Shown piece after piece: positions 61,320-64,000 of a DNA stretch of 64,000 bases. This DNA comes from Desulfatiglandales bacterium (GTDB taxonomy: Bacteria > Desulfobacterota > DSM-4660 > Desulfatiglandales > Desulfatiglandaceae). The translations under genes and the position numbers were made by a program. The stretch spans positions 3,360,001 to 3,424,000 of the forward strand of contig OY759599.1 in the NCBI GenBank assembly GCA_963662465.1, written 5' to 3'. The notes beneath the pieces were generated by a model. That model was given only the letters and a program-made list of their open reading frames with translations, was not told the origin of the DNA and did not search any database. Numbering within the stretch: the stretch's first letter is position 1; each line of letters opens with the position of its first letter.

Positions 61320-61939
61320 AAATTTTCAAGGGACCGCTTCACATGATGCTGCGGGAAGCGCTTTCTCATATCCGATCCATGGTCATCGAAGAAAAGGCAA
61401 TTAAATACCCTGATCGGGCCGAAGCGGACCGGTTTTTCAATTATCCTTTCCCGGCCATTGAAGAGGCCCTGTGTAATGCAATATATCACCGGTCCTATGA
61501 GATACGCGAACCGGTCGAGGTGCGAATTATGCCCGATTGTATCACCATCGGCAGTTTTCCAGGTCCGGACCGTTCTATCCGCGAAAAAGACATGCGGGAA
61601 TTCCGTTTTCTCTCACGCCGTTATCGCAACCGGCGGGTGGGTGAGTTTTTAAAAGAAACGGAAGTCACCCCGCAAGTCACCCCGCAAGTCACCCCGCAAG
61701 TCAAACAGATCCTTAACGTGTTGCAGAGTGAAATGACCCGGACCGAAATAATGAAGAGGCTTGGTTTAAAAGACAGAATGCATTTTAGCAAAGCATATCT
61801 TTTGCCGGCAATGGACGCCGGAGTTGTGAAAATGACACTGCCGGACAAACCGAAAAGCCGTCTTCAAAAATATCGACTCACACAAAACGGCCTAACGTTC
61901 AAGAAGTTGGCGAAGGAAACAACACAGGACAAAATATAG
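61320..61939 (+). pseudogene. C-terminal fragment of an AlbA/HATPase-type ATP-binding regulator with a VTPQ repeat and C-terminal HTH
   Basis: YPFPAIEEALCNAIYHRSY, RRYRNRRVGEFLKE joined directly to (VTPQ)x3 and MTLPDKPKSRLQKYRLT; begins at the MITE end. Confidence 0.75.
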
Positions 61940-61984
61940 GAAGAGGATTCATATTTCAGAAAGGATTTTCCCCTTAGGGTCTTT

Positions 61985-62290
61985 CACCCACAGAACGAAA
62001 ATAAGCAGAATAAACCCCATCATGGTGGGCATGGACACATGGTAATTGAGCAGCAGCAGGGTTTAGGAAGCGCCGATGAGGGTGAGGGGAATGGAGAGTA
62101 CGATCATGAGGGCCACCTTGACGCTGTCAAACAGAGCCACCAGAGTGAAAAAGGTCAATGCCACGGCAAATCCGATGGCGAATGCCATTTTCCCCGCCGA
62201 GTTTTTGAACTGCTTCATGTCTCCGGTCTGTTCCATGGTTACCGACTTGGTCGGATGACGACTGGTCATCAACAGGGCAGTCACAAAATA
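61985..62290 (-). pseudogene. RND permease C-terminal fragment
   Basis: LVALFDS..VALMIVLSIPLTLIGAS*TLLLLNYHVSMPTMMGFILL with an internal stop. Confidence 0.65.
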
Positions 62291-62644
62291 TTGGGGTTGT
62301 CAAACATTCCACTAAAGCCATTTTCAATTTTGGAACGGATCAGAGATGCGGCTCATATCACAACCCACTACCCCACTGATATATCAAATATATCAAAAAT
62401 ATTTACAGGTTTCGGTTCATCCAAAAAATCGTGCCAGGGGTCTGCTTTTTTCACGCATCCGGGCTCCAAGCCCAACAGAAGAATGATAGGAAGTCTTCAC
62501 TTTTGGATTAACGACCTAATGCGGACGCGACCACACGATGTAGTGGTTCTCCCATTCTGGGTTCATGGGGTCAATGGACTACAGTTTTACTGAATATCTT
62601 GCCCGTTGTCATTTGAAACCGCATCTGAGATACGTTTGAGATAT

Positions 62645-62777
62645 CTGCAACGTCGGGGGTAAGCTGCCGCCAACATTGCGAGGCAAGTACCTCACGGGCA
62701 CCCCTTGACTGTGTATGGAGCAGTGGCCGTCAAGAACCGCCTTTCTGTTGGCAGTCAGCTTGACCCCATGGTTGGGC
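62645..62777 (-). other. Integron attC site, copy B, closing the brnTA cassette
   Basis: R'' GCCCAAC; arms TCAAGCTGACTGCCAACA / TGTTGGCGGCAGCTTA pair with two extrahelical bases; R' GTTGCAG. Confidence 0.8.
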
Positions 62778-62994
62778 GTATCGTTTTCCGTGCGATGTCA
62801 ATAAGGGAAAGGAGTGCATCATTCACAGCTTCCTCATTCGGGAAAGCCTGTGCAACCTCCGGCTTGAGAACGACGATATTAGATGACTCTTTCAAGCGTT
62901 TTGCATACTTGCCCCGCACAAAACCGCCAGGAAAATCAGCTCGCTTATATTCTGGGCGGAGTTCGTCTTTGTCGATTTTTTTATCCGTCTTCAT
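62755..62994 (-). CDS. brnA: BrnA-like antitoxin
   Basis: DELRPEY..DF....RGKY...VVL.P.V..AFP..EAVN.AL; overlaps the brnT end. Confidence 0.85.
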   Translation of the reverse strand: MKTDKKIDKDELRPEYKRADFPGGFVRGKYAKRLKESSNIVVLKPEVAQAFPNEEAVNDALLSLIDIARKTIRPTMGSS

Positions 62995-63253
62995 AGAGAT
63001 TTCGTTCTCCTTTGCTCGCCTTACGAGCGCTTATAAGCCTAATAGTTTCCCCTTCCTCAGTATGAGAGACCACAAGGAGTCTATTCCTTGCTGACACCCC
63101 GAACGTGACATATCGATCTTCATAATCAGAATGATCGGGATCAGCACCGGTGACGGCCATGGGGTCACTCAGAGCAGTTGCAGCTTCTTCAAATGCAACC
63201 CCATGCTTTTTAAGGTTAAGTTTTGCCTTTTTTAAATCCCATTCAATTTTCAT
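62981..63253 (-). CDS. brnT: BrnT-family ribonuclease toxin
   Basis: EWD.KKA..N..KHGV.FEEA, H...EDRY, IRLISARKA...ER..YE. Confidence 0.92.
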   Translation of the reverse strand: MKIEWDLKKAKLNLKKHGVAFEEAATALSDPMAVTGADPDHSDYEDRYVTFGVSARNRLLVVSHTEEGETIRLISARKASKGERNLYEDG

Positions 63254-63423
63254 AGTCTAAATTATACCACGTTCCTGCATTTTTGCCAGAGGCTTCGCAG
63301 TCGTTCAGAGCCCAACCACTGATTATCAGGTCGATTTGCTCTGATAATATGATATTGACAAAAAAATCAGGCAAAACCATTCACCAGCCACGTAGATCAT
63401 CACATTTGACCAAAATAATAAAA

Positions 63424-63578
63424 GGTTCATCGCGGATTAACGTGAAATCGCGCTTTGAGATTGTTTCGGTTCGGGCTGTAGGTGCGACTTCAGTCGCACA
63501 GGGTCGGCTTAATGTGCGACTGAAGTCGCACCTACAATCGGCTCAGAAGCCAAATCTCATGCGAATCCACGATGAGCC
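63424..63578 (+). mobile_element. 155-bp MITE with REP doublet, copy 5
   Basis: 8-bp target duplication TAATAAAA on both sides. Confidence 0.92.
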
Positions 63579-64000
63579 TAATAAAACTACTCAGTGAAAA
63601 TCAATGCAATTCGCCATCAATGACAACATCAGTAGTCACAAGATCTACGTTATTTGAGGAGTGTAGCCTGTTCTGGTGATATATTGAGTTATGTTGTGTG
63701 TTGGCCTAACCTATCGAAATAATAAGGGAGTTCGGATCTGGCTTAAGAAATGATGATTTGGTAAAGATTCCGATAGTTTACCTCCAATTTCCAGAAACGG
63801 TTTGAAGGAACTCGCAACATAATAATAATCCTTTAAACATACTTCTGTGTTCTGATCCAGGGGTTAAACTGCTCCGGGGAGGGTTACTGGATCAAGCGAG
63901 CGGGCCTACATCTTTCATAAAGTCTCATATCGCAAACCTCCTATAAGGAAGGTAATTCGACGTGGGGTAGGACATAACAGACAGCTTGCAACTTCTAAAA

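Noticed and set aside
61663..61702. 12-bp tandem repeat (VTPQ)x3
   Set aside because: An in-frame linker repeat typical of this protein family, inside a pseudogene.
11760..63578. Palindromic repeats as a CRISPR array
   Set aside because: The copies are dispersed kilobases apart, with no repeat-spacer periodicity and no cas genes.
35816..63597. Repeated small ORFs beginning MKSRFEIVSV (35816, 44469, 61017, and within 63283)
   Set aside because: They are translations of the 155-bp MITE running into unrelated flanks, not a gene family.
63579..64000. Integron integrase or attI next to the brnTA cassette
   Set aside because: No tyrosine-recombinase ORF is visible; isolated GTT-core-like 7-mers (62470, 63704, 63973) lack a paired attC structure.

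Overview
This is a bacterial chromosomal window, most likely from Desulfobacterota (Deltaproteobacteria). That placement is inferred from gene content and has not been checked by a search. The first ~36 kb is mostly housekeeping: holA, lptE, an in-frame nusB-leuS fusion, ribH/ribBA/ribE, argC, a YchF paralog, purE, tsaC, nadA, a PanP-like decarboxylase, pepT, tatA, rtcB and several two-component systems. The right half is accessory and decaying: sensor kinases, an RND efflux operon with an embedded two-component system, three of the window's four toxin-antitoxin loci, many deletion remnants, and an arsenic/metal/sulfur cluster. The most notable signals are: (1) five copies of a 155-bp MITE with terminal inverted repeats, three with 8-bp target duplications, carrying a complete GTAG-type REP doublet as internal cargo; (2) heptamer tracts that form inverted pairs around nusB-leuS and whose copy number sets the reading frame of two adjacent sensor kinases; (3) a probable selenocysteine ArsM (in-frame UGA plus SECIS-like hairpin) in a cluster bracketed by two copies of an integron attC site, one closing a complete BrnT/BrnA gene cassette with no integrase in view; (4) a RibBA whose DHBP-synthase active site looks degenerate. 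No rRNA, tRNA or CRISPR array was seen.
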